A stretch of 64,000 nt of DNA from a virus: UHGV virus genome UHGV-1332848; one strand, 5' to 3'. A model generated the notes under the pieces. The model saw nothing but the letters and a program-made list of their open reading frames with translations, did not search any database and was not told where the DNA came from. Below are positions 50,654-59,694 of this stretch, one piece after another. Positions within the stretch are counted from its first letter, which is position 1; each line of letters opens with the position of its first letter. The position numbers were made by a program, and so were the translations under genes.

Positions 50654-50902
50654 ATGGGAAATACAAAAATTATAAAAGTATTAAAAGTTGACAATGATTA
50701 TTTTACAACAAGAATAAATGGATCAGAAAAGGAAATAATTGAATGCTATAATGAGTATAATCTATTATGCGACAATAAAGAAAATATTCAAGTTAAAGAA
50801 ATAGAATTTAATTATAACGATGGCGGTTTTAGTGGTTTAATGGATAGAAAAGTTATTTACAATTTTATGTTTGACAGTAAATTAAATTGTTACCAATATT
50901 AA
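50654..50902 (+). CDS. hypothetical early protein
   Basis: RBS AGGAGG. Confidence 0.4.
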   Translation: MGNTKIIKVLKVDNDYFTTRINGSEKEIIECYNEYNLLCDNKENIQVKEIEFNYNDGGFSGLMDRKVIYNFMFDSKLNCYQY

Positions 50903-50993
50903 TAAATAGGTTCTAAAGGGTTAATCCTAAAAAGCCCTTTTCCAAAAAAAATAATTAAAATAAAAATTTTATAATTAAAGGAGTGTATTAGGT

Positions 50994-51554
50994 ATGTTAA
51001 CATTAAAGGAAAAAGTAGCTCAAATAAGAAAAGAATTAAAGGCTGAAGGGATTACAAATAAAATGGCAAATGTTAGAGGCAAATATGTGTTATATGATGA
51101 ATCTATAACAATTACAATTAAAGATATTACAGTAAGTAGGAAAAAGGTTGAAGAAATAGCGAAAAAATTTGAAGAAATAGAACGGGATTATTATGCAATG
51201 GAAATATTAGCAGGGGGCAACACTTATGTGCACGTAGATTTTGATTGGCAAGTATTAGAAGAAGCAAAAAAAGATTTTATGGAGATAGCAGAAAAAATTT
51301 ATAATGATAGCCAAAATTATGGAGAAAATGAATTATATAGAGTTGCAGAGAATAATAATAAAGTTGCATTTTATCAAGCACACTATAGCAATGGAAATCC
51401 TCCAACGATATCATTAAGCGAAATAAAAGTCATTAAAGATGAGTATGGAGAGTTTAATTCTTATAATAGATTAACAGGAACTATTGCAACATGCACAGAA
51501 GGAATTGCATCAGCTTTAGTATTATTTAAATATCAATATGGATTAGATATATAA
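50994..51554 (+). CDS. hypothetical early protein
   Basis: RBS AAGGAG. Confidence 0.4.
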   Translation: MLTLKEKVAQIRKELKAEGITNKMANVRGKYVLYDESITITIKDITVSRKKVEEIAKKFEEIERDYYAMEILAGGNTYVHVDFDWQVLEEAKKDFMEIAEKIYNDSQNYGENELYRVAENNNKVAFYQAHYSNGNPPTISLSEIKVIKDEYGEFNSYNRLTGTIATCTEGIASALVLFKYQYGLDI

Positions 51555-51670
51555 TTATTGTTAGAGTATATAAGGAAATACTTTATATACTCTATAGAGT
51601 AATTAAAAACAAGTTTAAAATTAAGTCTTGTGTAATACTATACACGAGATATTAAAAGGAGTGTATTATT

Positions 51671-52441
51671 ATGTTACAAAATAGATTTGAAAAAGCCATT
51701 GAAAGAAAAAAATTAGAAATTAAAGAGATTGAGGAAAATATAGAACATGCAGAAAACAAATTAAAGTCATACAATTATAGTGAAATGTTGGTAAGATATT
51801 ATAATAATTTTATAGAGGAATCTTGTAACAACTTAAAAAAAGTTGAAGAAGAAAAGGAATATTTAATCAATGTAAGAATTCCAGAATACATCAAAGAACA
51901 TGAAGAAAAAACAATTGAACATTTCAAAAGACATGGATTTGCAAACTGCCTAGAAATAAGAAATAAAAACTTTTATGTAAGTTATAATAATGGGTGTTTA
52001 GAAATAGATGTAAAAAGCTTAGACGGGGAACAAGTAACAATATTTAGAGAAAAAAACATAAACACACTAGAACAAGCTAAACAGGCTATAGAAAATGAAC
52101 TATCAAAAGAAAACTTTAACATTGAAATTGATATAAGTTTTATAGAATCGTATTATATAGGTTGCAAAAATAATGATGTAGACATAGAGGAATTTTACAC
52201 AATAGATAACAATAAGAGTAAGATAGTTATAAGTAAAGATATGACAATTTTAGAATTATTAAATGATTATAATGTAGACTTAAATAAAACATTAGATAAT
52301 ATATATAGTAACTTTAAAAAGATAAAAGATATATTTAATGTAAGTGATAAAATAAAAGTTAATGAGCTATTCCAATTTATACATGATAATAATTATAAAC
52401 TTGATTTTAGAGAAAAATTTATCGCTGAATATATAAAATAA
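51671..52441 (+). CDS. hypothetical early protein (coiled-coil N-terminus)
   Basis: RBS AAAGGAG. Confidence 0.4.
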   Translation: MLQNRFEKAIERKKLEIKEIEENIEHAENKLKSYNYSEMLVRYYNNFIEESCNNLKKVEEEKEYLINVRIPEYIKEHEEKTIEHFKRHGFANCLEIRNKNFYVSYNNGCLEIDVKSLDGEQVTIFREKNINTLEQAKQAIENELSKENFNIEIDISFIESYYIGCKNNDVDIEEFYTIDNNKSKIVISKDMTILELLNDYNVDLNKTLDNIYSNFKKIKDIFNVSDKIKVNELFQFIHDNNYKLDFREKFIAEYIK

Positions 52442-52445
52442 GTTT

Positions 52446-52493
52446 AATAATTAATTAAAAACTTATTGACTTTTAAATTGTATATGGTATAAT
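52446..52493 (+). promoter_or_regulatory. consensus sigma-A promoter preceded by AATAATTAATTAAAA motif
   Basis: Motif 52446-52460, TTGACT 52466-52471, 16-nt spacer, TGgTATAAT with -10 at 52488-52493. Confidence 0.6.
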
Positions 52494-52584
52494 TATATTA
52501 TAGTAAACGATTAAGAAAACTTTAAAAGTGTTATAATTAAAGTAAATAAAATTAATAATTTAAATATAAAGGAGTATGAGGAAA

Positions 52585-52866
52585 ATGAAAAATTATAAAG
52601 AAATTAAAGAGGAATTATTACAAAATGAGAATATCTATAGAGTCAATATAGATAGTAGCAAAGAAAAGATTTTTATCAAACCAGTTCAAAATAAAGAGTT
52701 TTACTGGATTGGTGAACCTTTAAAGGAGTATGAGGAAGAGGAAGATACTAGAACTATATATAATATAGGTGGGAGAGAATTTAAGATTCATAGCTCAGAG
52801 AATTGTAACACAACTATATATGAAATAGTTTTAAAAGAAATTAAGAAGCCAGTAAAAGCAAAATAA
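52585..52866 (+). CDS. hypothetical early protein
   Basis: ATG at 52585 has better RBS spacing than the track start at 52576. Confidence 0.35.
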   Translation: MKNYKEIKEELLQNENIYRVNIDSSKEKIFIKPVQNKEFYWIGEPLKEYEEEEDTRTIYNIGGREFKIHSSENCNTTIYEIVLKEIKKPVKAK

Positions 52867-53174
52867 AAAGAGGATATACGAATATCCTCCTAATAATAAC
52901 ACTCATGTTACGGGTAATCTTATTATTTAAAATATAATTTAAATACATTAAGTGTTATTAAATCAAGATTATCAAAGCAAACTATAAAAGTCAAGAGAAA
53001 TTATAAATAAATATGGAGAAAAATAAAAGGATTAAGTAGTTAAATACTTTCCAACTAGTTTATACTTTCTAGTCAATAAAAAAGTAGTTACATACATATA
53101 AAAAATAAATGAAATAATTAATTAAAAGAAAAGTTAATGAAATATTAGTTTTAAATAAATTGGAGGTTGTAAAA

Positions 53175-53495
53175 ATGAAAGTTGTTGAAAGAGGATTATT
53201 AAAAGGTGATGTTAAAATTCAAATAGAAAACTGGAAAGAAGAATATCCAAACATATATAAAGAAGAAAATACAACACTTGTTGTATATCCTAAAAGTAAA
53301 GTATCTCTAAAATCTTTATGGGCAGGATATTACCCGAGAGAAAATGAACCTTTTAGATTTGAAATGTCATTTAAGAGTGAAAAAGAGTGTAAAGATGCTT
53401 TTAATTCATTAACAAATAATGAAAAGAAATTAATTGATTATATGGATAATTATTGTGGAACTATTAAAAAAGATGTAGTTGTAAAGTGTATATAA
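53175..53495 (+). CDS. hypothetical early protein
   Basis: RBS GGAGG 8 nt upstream of ATG 53175 (the track start 53160 is a TTG inside the RBS). Confidence 0.35.
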   Translation: MKVVERGLLKGDVKIQIENWKEEYPNIYKEENTTLVVYPKSKVSLKSLWAGYYPRENEPFRFEMSFKSEKECKDAFNSLTNNEKKLIDYMDNYCGTIKKDVVVKCI

Positions 53496-53529
53496 AAGAA
53501 TAATTTTAAATAGTATGGAGGAATGTAAA

Positions 53530-53775
53530 ATGGAATTTAAGCATATGGAAATAAAGGAATTTAATAATAAATATGGATTTAACTTAAAAGAACAATGGAA
53601 TGATAATGGAGAATTTTACGATAACTTATTAAAAACAATTGATAACCAAAACAACACATCTTACTTTAGTGCTAGTTTTTGTGATACAGATGTTATTGAA
53701 GATGTATTTGACTATCAAGATAAATTTAATTTTAACCTAATTGAAATTGAAAATGTATATATAGCGTTATATTAA
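53530..53775 (+). CDS. hypothetical early protein
   Basis: RBS GGAGG then ATG at 53530. Confidence 0.35.
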   Translation: MEFKHMEIKEFNNKYGFNLKEQWNDNGEFYDNLLKTIDNQNNTSYFSASFCDTDVIEDVFDYQDKFNFNLIEIENVYIALY

Positions 53776-53827
53776 ATAAAAGTAACAATTTATAATGAAA
53801 ATTAATTAAAAGAAAGAGGTAATAAAA

Positions 53828-54064
53828 ATGGAAAAATTAGAATTATTAAAAGAAATCTGTAAATGGTACAACTACAATTTAACAATAGCAGGAGAAAAAA
53901 TTATCAATGATAATACCAATAGTGATGAATCTGTTTATAGTTCAGTTGAAGAAGGTTTAAAGGATTGGCTTATAACACTAAAGGAAAGTAATAAATGTTG
54001 CATAGATGAACAAGTGCCTTTATTATGGTCAAATGAGGAAATAGAACTAATTAAAAGTATTTAA
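53828..54064 (+). CDS. hypothetical early protein
   Basis: RBS AAGAGG. Motif at 53799. Confidence 0.35.
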   Translation: MEKLELLKEICKWYNYNLTIAGEKIINDNTNSDESVYSSVEEGLKDWLITLKESNKCCIDEQVPLLWSNEEIELIKSI

Positions 54065-54156
54065 GTAGTTTGAAGAGCCTACATAAAGAAAAAAATTATG
54101 TAGGTTGGTCAAAACATTTAAATAAAAATAAATTAAAAGAAAGAGGGAATTATAAA

Positions 54157-54456
54157 ATGGTAAATATAAAAATATTAAATTCAGAGATTGATTTACAAGA
54201 TGAGGAGTTAACGATTTATCATACAACTTTAGAAATTAATGATAAAAGATATGCCAATATAGGAAAAAATTTAGATAAAGAAAACTTTAATAATAGTTGT
54301 TTTTTAGTTATAACTTCTATGGAGGAAAATAAAGTGCAAAGTATGGATTTAAACTACGTTACTAACAATGGGAATATTGAAGAAATAGAACCTTTATTCA
54401 AAGGTAATGAATTAAGAAAGAGGGTTGTTGAGGATATAGTTAATAACTTATGGTAA
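54157..54456 (+). CDS. hypothetical early protein
   Basis: RBS AGAGGG upstream of ATG 54157. The region upstream at 54087-54113 is a perfect 9-bp stem-loop, not coding. Confidence 0.35.
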   Translation: MVNIKILNSEIDLQDEELTIYHTTLEINDKRYANIGKNLDKENFNNSCFLVITSMEENKVQSMDLNYVTNNGNIEEIEPLFKGNELRKRVVEDIVNNLW

Positions 54457-54525
54457 ATAGTATATAAAATAAGTATTTGATTAAGTATTATGTGAGAAAA
54501 AATAATTATATGGAGAGTGTATGAA

Positions 54526-54807
54526 ATGGTAAAAATGAATAAGGAAATTTTAGAGGTAATCAATACTGTTATAAATTATAAAAAATATTTAGTGGGTTAT
54601 CATGTAAGGATATTAAAAAATGAAGATTATGATTGTATGGCTGAAACAGAAAAGTTTTATTATTCTTTACCTTTGCCAAATGGTATGAAGAAAAATAATC
54701 AAGACTTTGAAATTATCTTGGATTATTCAAGAAATAAAAATTTACTTGATGAATTGAACAAAACTAATTTTGAAGATTTAGACAATTATTACTGGAAGAA
54801 ATTTTAA
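54526..54807 (+). CDS. hypothetical early protein
   Basis: RBS GGAGAG then ATG 54526. Confidence 0.35.
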   Translation: MVKMNKEILEVINTVINYKKYLVGYHVRILKNEDYDCMAETEKFYYSLPLPNGMKKNNQDFEIILDYSRNKNLLDELNKTNFEDLDNYYWKKF

Positions 54808-54865
54808 TTAATAAAACAAGTGATTTAAGTGTTATAGGAAAAAATAATTATATGGAGGTTTTAAA

Positions 54866-55054
54866 ATGAAATCGTTGAGTGAAAGATTAATTGAATTAGC
54901 AAGCAGAGTAGGTAAGTTAGAAGATTTATATGACAATATTGATGAAGGACACGAGGATGAACAAGACTTAGAAATAGAGTTAGGCTCAATTGAAAGCTGT
55001 ATAAATGATTTGGAGAGAGAAATGGAAGATGTAAAAGAAGGATATGGAATTTAA
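54866..55054 (+). CDS. hypothetical acidic coiled-coil protein
   Basis: RBS GGAGG. Confidence 0.35.
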   Translation: MKSLSERLIELASRVGKLEDLYDNIDEGHEDEQDLEIELGSIESCINDLEREMEDVKEGYGI

Positions 55055-55164
55055 TAAAGTACACTAGCCGAAACTACTCCAATGTGGAGTAGTCAATACA
55101 AGGTTACAACTTGTGTTCCGAAGATGGCAAGTTAAAATAATAAATTAAAGAGAGGTGAATGAAA

Positions 55165-55341
55165 ATGGAGGAATTAATTAACTTTCAAAAAGAAATAAAA
55201 GATTGGGATATAGAAAAACTTTTAAAAGAAATTATGTTGTGTTACCATTACAGTATAGGTTCAATAAATGATGGAGTAAAAGAAGAGTATGAGGGAAAAA
55301 TTTTATTATTAAAAATGGAAATAGTGTCAAGAACTAAATAG
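55165..55341 (+). CDS. hypothetical early protein
   Basis: RBS AGAGGTGA then ATG 55165. Confidence 0.3.
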   Translation: MEELINFQKEIKDWDIEKLLKEIMLCYHYSIGSINDGVKEEYEGKILLLKMEIVSRTK

Positions 55342-55349
55342 AAGGATAT

Positions 55350-55514
55350 TATGAAACCTAAGTATAATATTGGCGAATTAGTGAGTGTTAATGGAATTGA
55401 TATGTTTTACTTTATAGTAGAGGAAATACATATACTAAAAGAAAAAATTGTTTATACTTTAAATAATGGTAGCACTATTGGAGAATGGGAAGAAAAATAT
55501 ATTGATGTGATATA
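55350..55514 (+). CDS. hypothetical small protein (about 54 aa)
   Basis: RBS GAAGGA, ATG 55350. Below the ORF-track cutoff. Confidence 0.3.
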
Positions 55515-55552
55515 AAATCAATCTTTTAATAATACATAAGAAAAAATTTTAA

Positions 55553-55786
55553 GTGATGAATAAAAATGATATAATAAATATTATAAAAAAAATAAAAGTG
55601 AGGTATAAGGTTATGGAAGATAGAAAAGTTACATTGTTAAAGGCGTGTAGGGATTTATTAAAGAAACAAGAGGAAACTGGTTATATTATAGATTTACTTA
55701 GTGAAATAGTATTCTATGACGATGCAGAATGTGATGGTACTTGTTTGCTTGAAGATATTGAGGCAGAACTTAAAATGAATGAGTAA
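55553..55786 (+). CDS. hypothetical early protein (start uncertain; alternative ATG near 55613 with RBS AAGTGAGGT)
   Basis: ORF-track frame. The internal start has a better RBS. Confidence 0.3.
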   Translation: MMNKNDIINIIKKIKVRYKVMEDRKVTLLKACRDLLKKQEETGYIIDLLSEIVFYDDAECDGTCLLEDIEAELKMNE

Positions 55787-55844
55787 GAAGTATAGATTTG
55801 ATATTAACTAGAATAAAAAATCTATAAAAGGGAGTTGTTGAGAA

Positions 55845-56021
55845 ATGAATATAGAAATATCAAACGAAATCTATTTGAAATTAAAAAATGAAATATTAGA
55901 ATGTTATCCTAAAATGAATGATGATGAGATAAAAAAATATTTAGTTGATTTTATAAGTGAAGATATGACTGTAAAATACTTTGGTGGATTTGTATCTATG
56001 AAAGAAACAAGAAAAAGATAA
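55845..56021 (+). CDS. hypothetical small protein (58 aa)
   Basis: RBS AAAGGGAG, ATG 55845. Confidence 0.3.
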   Translation: MNIEISNEIYLKLKNEILECYPKMNDDEIKKYLVDFISEDMTVKYFGGFVSMKETRKR

Positions 56022-56123
56022 TAAAACTAGAATTTTAAATGTTAGTATATAGTTGGCGGGGGATTTAAATTCCTATCAATTATATACTAAAAAATTAATC
56101 AAACAATAAAGGGGTTGTTTTAC

Positions 56124-56438
56124 ATGGAATTGTTATTGTTGGAAAAAGATGTTTTAAAAGAAAAATTAAAATTAGGCATAATTAAAAAAATAAGAATAAC
56201 GAATTTAACTTACATTAAAATAGGTAATGACTCCACAATAATAAAGAAGGATGACAGTATATTCATTAAGAATAAAGAAAATAAAGCGTATGAAAAATTA
56301 GGAATTTTATTTCATGATTTTATGGATTATGAAGACGGTGATTATGATTTGATACAAGTAGAATACTCACCTAAAAGTGTAACAAATTATACTGACGCTA
56401 GGAGCTTAACTCTTTACATAAAAGAGAATATATTATAA
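56124..56438 (+). CDS. hypothetical early protein
   Basis: RBS AAAGGGG then ATG 56124. Confidence 0.35.
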   Translation: MELLLLEKDVLKEKLKLGIIKKIRITNLTYIKIGNDSTIIKKDDSIFIKNKENKAYEKLGILFHDFMDYEDGDYDLIQVEYSPKSVTNYTDARSLTLYIKENIL

Positions 56439-56451
56439 TAGGAATAATTGT

Positions 56452-56565
56452 ATGAAAACGAATCTTAAATATATAAGAAAAACTTATGGTTTAACAATGT
56501 GAGAGTTGGCAAAACATATTGTTGCAATGTTAGATGATATAGAAATAAATCAATTAAATGTATAA
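56452..56565 (+). pseudogene. XRE-type HTH ORF interrupted by in-frame TGA at 56500-56502
   Basis: MKTNLKYIRKTYGLTM*ELAKHIVAMLDD reads as the helix2-turn-helix3 of an XRE regulator, with a stop where the conserved Q/E normally sits. Confidence 0.35.
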
Positions 56566-56630
56566 ATATAATGTATAAGTGAAAAATAAAATTGAAAATT
56601 TTGATATGACATATAAAAGGAGTTATTATT

Positions 56631-56852
56631 ATGAAAGTAAAAAATGCAAAAATTGAAAATGCTCTAAGATTAATAAATGAGGATGAAGAAATTTTATTAG
56701 TTGCTGATAGGAGTGAAATAAAAATAGTTACAAACGCGTTAGATTCCAATAAAGTATACACAGGTGAAGTAACATGGATAGGTGAGGATGCTATAGGAAT
56801 AAACGGTGATGAAACGATATTTTTTGAATATATAGATGAAATAGAGATATAA
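56631..56852 (+). CDS. hypothetical early protein
   Basis: RBS AAAAGGAG. Confidence 0.4.
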   Translation: MKVKNAKIENALRLINEDEEILLVADRSEIKIVTNALDSNKVYTGEVTWIGEDAIGINGDETIFFEYIDEIEI

Positions 56853-57162
56853 TTTATATAAAATGGATATTTTAAGTATTAATAAGGGGGATAATAACCC
56901 CTGAACGCACATAAGATAATTAATTAAAAAACAAATGATAAAATATATGATAAGAAAAAAATATTAAAAAGCGAGGAATGATTGTATGTTTTATCTAAGT
57001 GTATCAATTGGATTTATATTAAAAATGACTTGTATATGGTTGCCCTATGTAATAGGTGTAGTTTTATTACTTGTATTCATAACTAGCCTTAAAAAGGATT
57101 CTAACTGGCTTAAAAGAGTAATACATAATTGGTATTTAACTATGCTAGGAGAAAAAATTTTA

Positions 57163-57362
57163 TGAGTATGTTTGAAATAGTGAAACTAATTGTAGAAAAA
57201 TCTTATGATGGAAAACACTTAATGTTTAGTGGATACTTTAGAAAAAGAATGTTTTTTGGATCAAATGAATGTGGAAAATTTAGAATAATAAATAATAATG
57301 ACTTTTATGAATTTGAACAAGAACATATATTAAAATATATCAATAATTATTTAAATAAATAA
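57163..57362 (+). CDS. hypothetical early protein
   Basis: RBS GGAGA, ATG 57163. Confidence 0.3.
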
Positions 57363-57434
57363 GGTTTTCTAAGGGGTGTTTTCCTAAATAAAGCCCTATC
57401 CAGTAAAAATAATTTAAATTAAAAGGAGATAGTA

Positions 57435-57764
57435 ATGAGTAAAAAAATGAATAAAGAGTTTAAGAAAAAAATATTGAACAATAAAGTTAAGGCGGAAAGT
57501 AGGTATAAGAAAAAAATTGAAAATATTAAAGAGAGGAGTATTGTAACAGTAGAATTAGAAGAAAAGAATTTAATAGCAAAAGTAGATAGAGGAAATTTGT
57601 TTGTAAATGGAAACGAAGTAAAAGAACTAATTAAAGATATTTTCTATACAAATGCAGAATTAAAGGAAAATACTATTATAAACTTAGATAATATCTGCGA
57701 TGTTTTCTATAAATTAAGCTATAGAGGGAAAATTGATAATGAATTGTTGTTTAGTTTATGTTAA
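57435..57764 (+). CDS. hypothetical early protein
   Basis: RBS AAAAGGAG. Confidence 0.4.
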   Translation: MSKKMNKEFKKKILNNKVKAESRYKKKIENIKERSIVTVELEEKNLIAKVDRGNLFVNGNEVKELIKDIFYTNAELKENTIINLDNICDVFYKLSYRGKIDNELLFSLC

Positions 57765-57856
57765 AAAAGTTTGAAATATAGGAAAATTTTAGTTGAAATA
57801 ATTAATTAAAAATAATATAATATAATTAAGATAAAAATTAATTGAAAGGAGTAATA

Positions 57857-58807
57857 ATGGATACTGAAATAAGAGATAGATTCTTGATGAAGTTTGATAA
57901 ACAGAATACCGTAAAAACCTATAAGGGTAATATAGATATCTTTTATGAATTTGTATTAGCTAGGAAAACTTTCGATACTGACAAAGATTTATTAGGTACT
58001 ATAGGGTTTAATGATGTTGAAGATTACTTTTATGACATGAAAAAAAATAATAAATACAAAAAAAGTACAATGAATTTAAAAATAGAAGTGTTGAATGAGT
58101 TCTTTGACTTTGCGATAAGAAGAAGAGTCATGGAATTCAATCTAACTGATACAATAGATAAATTTTGTAAAAGTGATATTAAAAAAGAAAAAAAAGAGAA
58201 GTATGTTCCCACTGTAGATGAAATAAAAATGATATTAAATGCGACATATGAAAAAAAAATAGATGCAAGATGTCAAAGTTTTAATAACGCTAGAAACAGG
58301 TTTTTAATATCTTTATTATGTACTACGGGTTTGAGGATAGAGGAAGCTTTGGGAATAAAAATGAATGATGTAGATCAACTGAGTAATGGTTTGTATATGA
58401 TTGACGTGGAAGGAATAAGGGTAAAAAATGGTATAAACAAAAGAGTCCCTATTACAAAAGGAGTATTGAAGTATTTCTATGAATATGAAAAAGAAAGAGA
58501 TTTAAGAAATAAAAAATTCGACACAGATTTATTATTTTTCAGTATTAATGGAAAGAAACTAACTGGAAACAAAACAAATGAGTTGATAAGAGAACTATGT
58601 GCAAGAGCAGGAATAGAAGAAAATATAACAAACCATTGTTTTAGACATTTTTTAACTACATACCTAAGAAGCAAAGGCTATGATAATGGTTTGGTGTATA
58701 AAATTATGGGTTGGAGTGAAAGAGGAATTGATACAGAATATGGCAAGGAAGCAAATAATAAGGAATATGACATATTAAAGTTAAAGATGTGCGATGTTTT
58801 GGGGTAG
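57857..58807 (+). CDS. tyrosine recombinase / integrase (XerC/D-like)
   Basis: TTGLRIEEALGIKMNDVD (catalytic Arg box), HCFRHFLTT (HxxR box), C-terminal LVYKIMGW (Tyr). N-terminal SAM-like domain. RBS AAAGGAG then ATG 57857. Confidence 0.8.
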   Translation: MDTEIRDRFLMKFDKQNTVKTYKGNIDIFYEFVLARKTFDTDKDLLGTIGFNDVEDYFYDMKKNNKYKKSTMNLKIEVLNEFFDFAIRRRVMEFNLTDTIDKFCKSDIKKEKKEKYVPTVDEIKMILNATYEKKIDARCQSFNNARNRFLISLLCTTGLRIEEALGIKMNDVDQLSNGLYMIDVEGIRVKNGINKRVPITKGVLKYFYEYEKERDLRNKKFDTDLLFFSINGKKLTGNKTNELIRELCARAGIEENITNHCFRHFLTTYLRSKGYDNGLVYKIMGWSERGIDTEYGKEANNKEYDILKLKMCDVLG

Positions 58808-58827
58808 CATATAAACTCCTACCCCAA

Positions 58828-59046
58828 TTAATCATTATGCTTGTCACAGTCGCAATATAATAAGTCTAAAGGACATACACCAAGAGCTTTAGCAATTATC
58901 TCTAGGGTTTGCATTGTTGGGTTAGCTATGCTATGTTTGGCTTCTAACTCCGAAATATAAGATTGTGAAAGTCCCGTTTTAAAGGCTAATTCTTCTTGTG
59001 TAACACCCTTTATGCGTCTTATGTTTTTTATGTCGAAATATATCAT
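58828..59046 (-). CDS. XRE/Cro-CI-type HTH transcriptional regulator (repressor candidate)
   Basis: IRRIKGVTQEELAFKTGLSQSYISELE is a canonical XRE HTH. It is divergent from downstream plus-strand genes across a promoter-rich gap. Confidence 0.8.
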   Translation of the reverse strand: MIYFDIKNIRRIKGVTQEELAFKTGLSQSYISELEAKHSIANPTMQTLEIIAKALGVCPLDLLYCDCDKHND

Positions 59047-59173
59047 TAGTTTTAATCACCATATTAATTATAATTAATAATTATATAAAAACAAATGCAT
59101 AAATTTTTCCAAATTGGTTGATTATTAGGGAAAATATCGTTGGTAGTGATAAGTATCTTTTTAATTTCATGTT

Positions 59174-59247
59174 ATAATTAATTAAAAGTATTAAAATACG
59201 TTTTAAATAAAATATGTGTTGACTATTTATGGGAAAGGGTATAAAAT
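59174..59247 (+). promoter_or_regulatory. sigma-A-like promoter with upstream AATAATTAATTAAAA-type motif, in divergent region shared with the XRE gene
   Basis: Motif 59174-59187, TTGACT 59219-59224, 17 nt, TAAAAT 59242-59247. Confidence 0.45.
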
Positions 59248-59319
59248 CATATTACAGTAATCGAACAGATGTTCGATAAGCATAATTCATTTTATTATAA
59301 ATAGCAGGGGGAGAATTTG

Positions 59320-59589
59320 ATGGAGAAAGTGAATATGTCTATGAATGATGAGAAATTATTAATGAATACTTTGGTAAATAAAATGTTTAAAGAGAACAAA
59401 AAAAAGTTTAGAGAATTTATGATTTATAATATTGATACAAATGTAGTTGTAAACGATGGTATAGCTACATATATAGTACAATTAAGAGGAAATTTGATAA
59501 ATGAAGTGGAAAAAGTGTATTATGTAGATGATGATTTAGCAAGTATTTTATTACATAATGGAAGACATATGGAAATAAGAATATTATAA
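59320..59589 (+). CDS. hypothetical protein (first gene opposite XRE repressor)
   Basis: RBS GGGGGAGA then ATG 59320. Confidence 0.35.
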   Translation: MEKVNMSMNDEKLLMNTLVNKMFKENKKKFREFMIYNIDTNVVVNDGIATYIVQLRGNLINEVEKVYYVDDDLASILLHNGRHMEIRIL

Positions 59590-59694
59590 ATAAATTGACG
59601 GTTTTTATTATTTAATTAATTATTTACTTTGCAAATACATACTAAATGTAGTATAATAATAATAAATTAATAAATTGAAAAGGAGTAATAACAA

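Noticed and set aside
54087-54113. Perfect 9-bp stem-loop CCTACATAA/TTATGTAGG called as part of ORF 54070-54456 in the track
   Set aside because: It is more likely a non-coding intergenic hairpin. The real start is ATG 54157 with RBS AGAGGG. There is no T-run after it, so it is not a confident terminator either.
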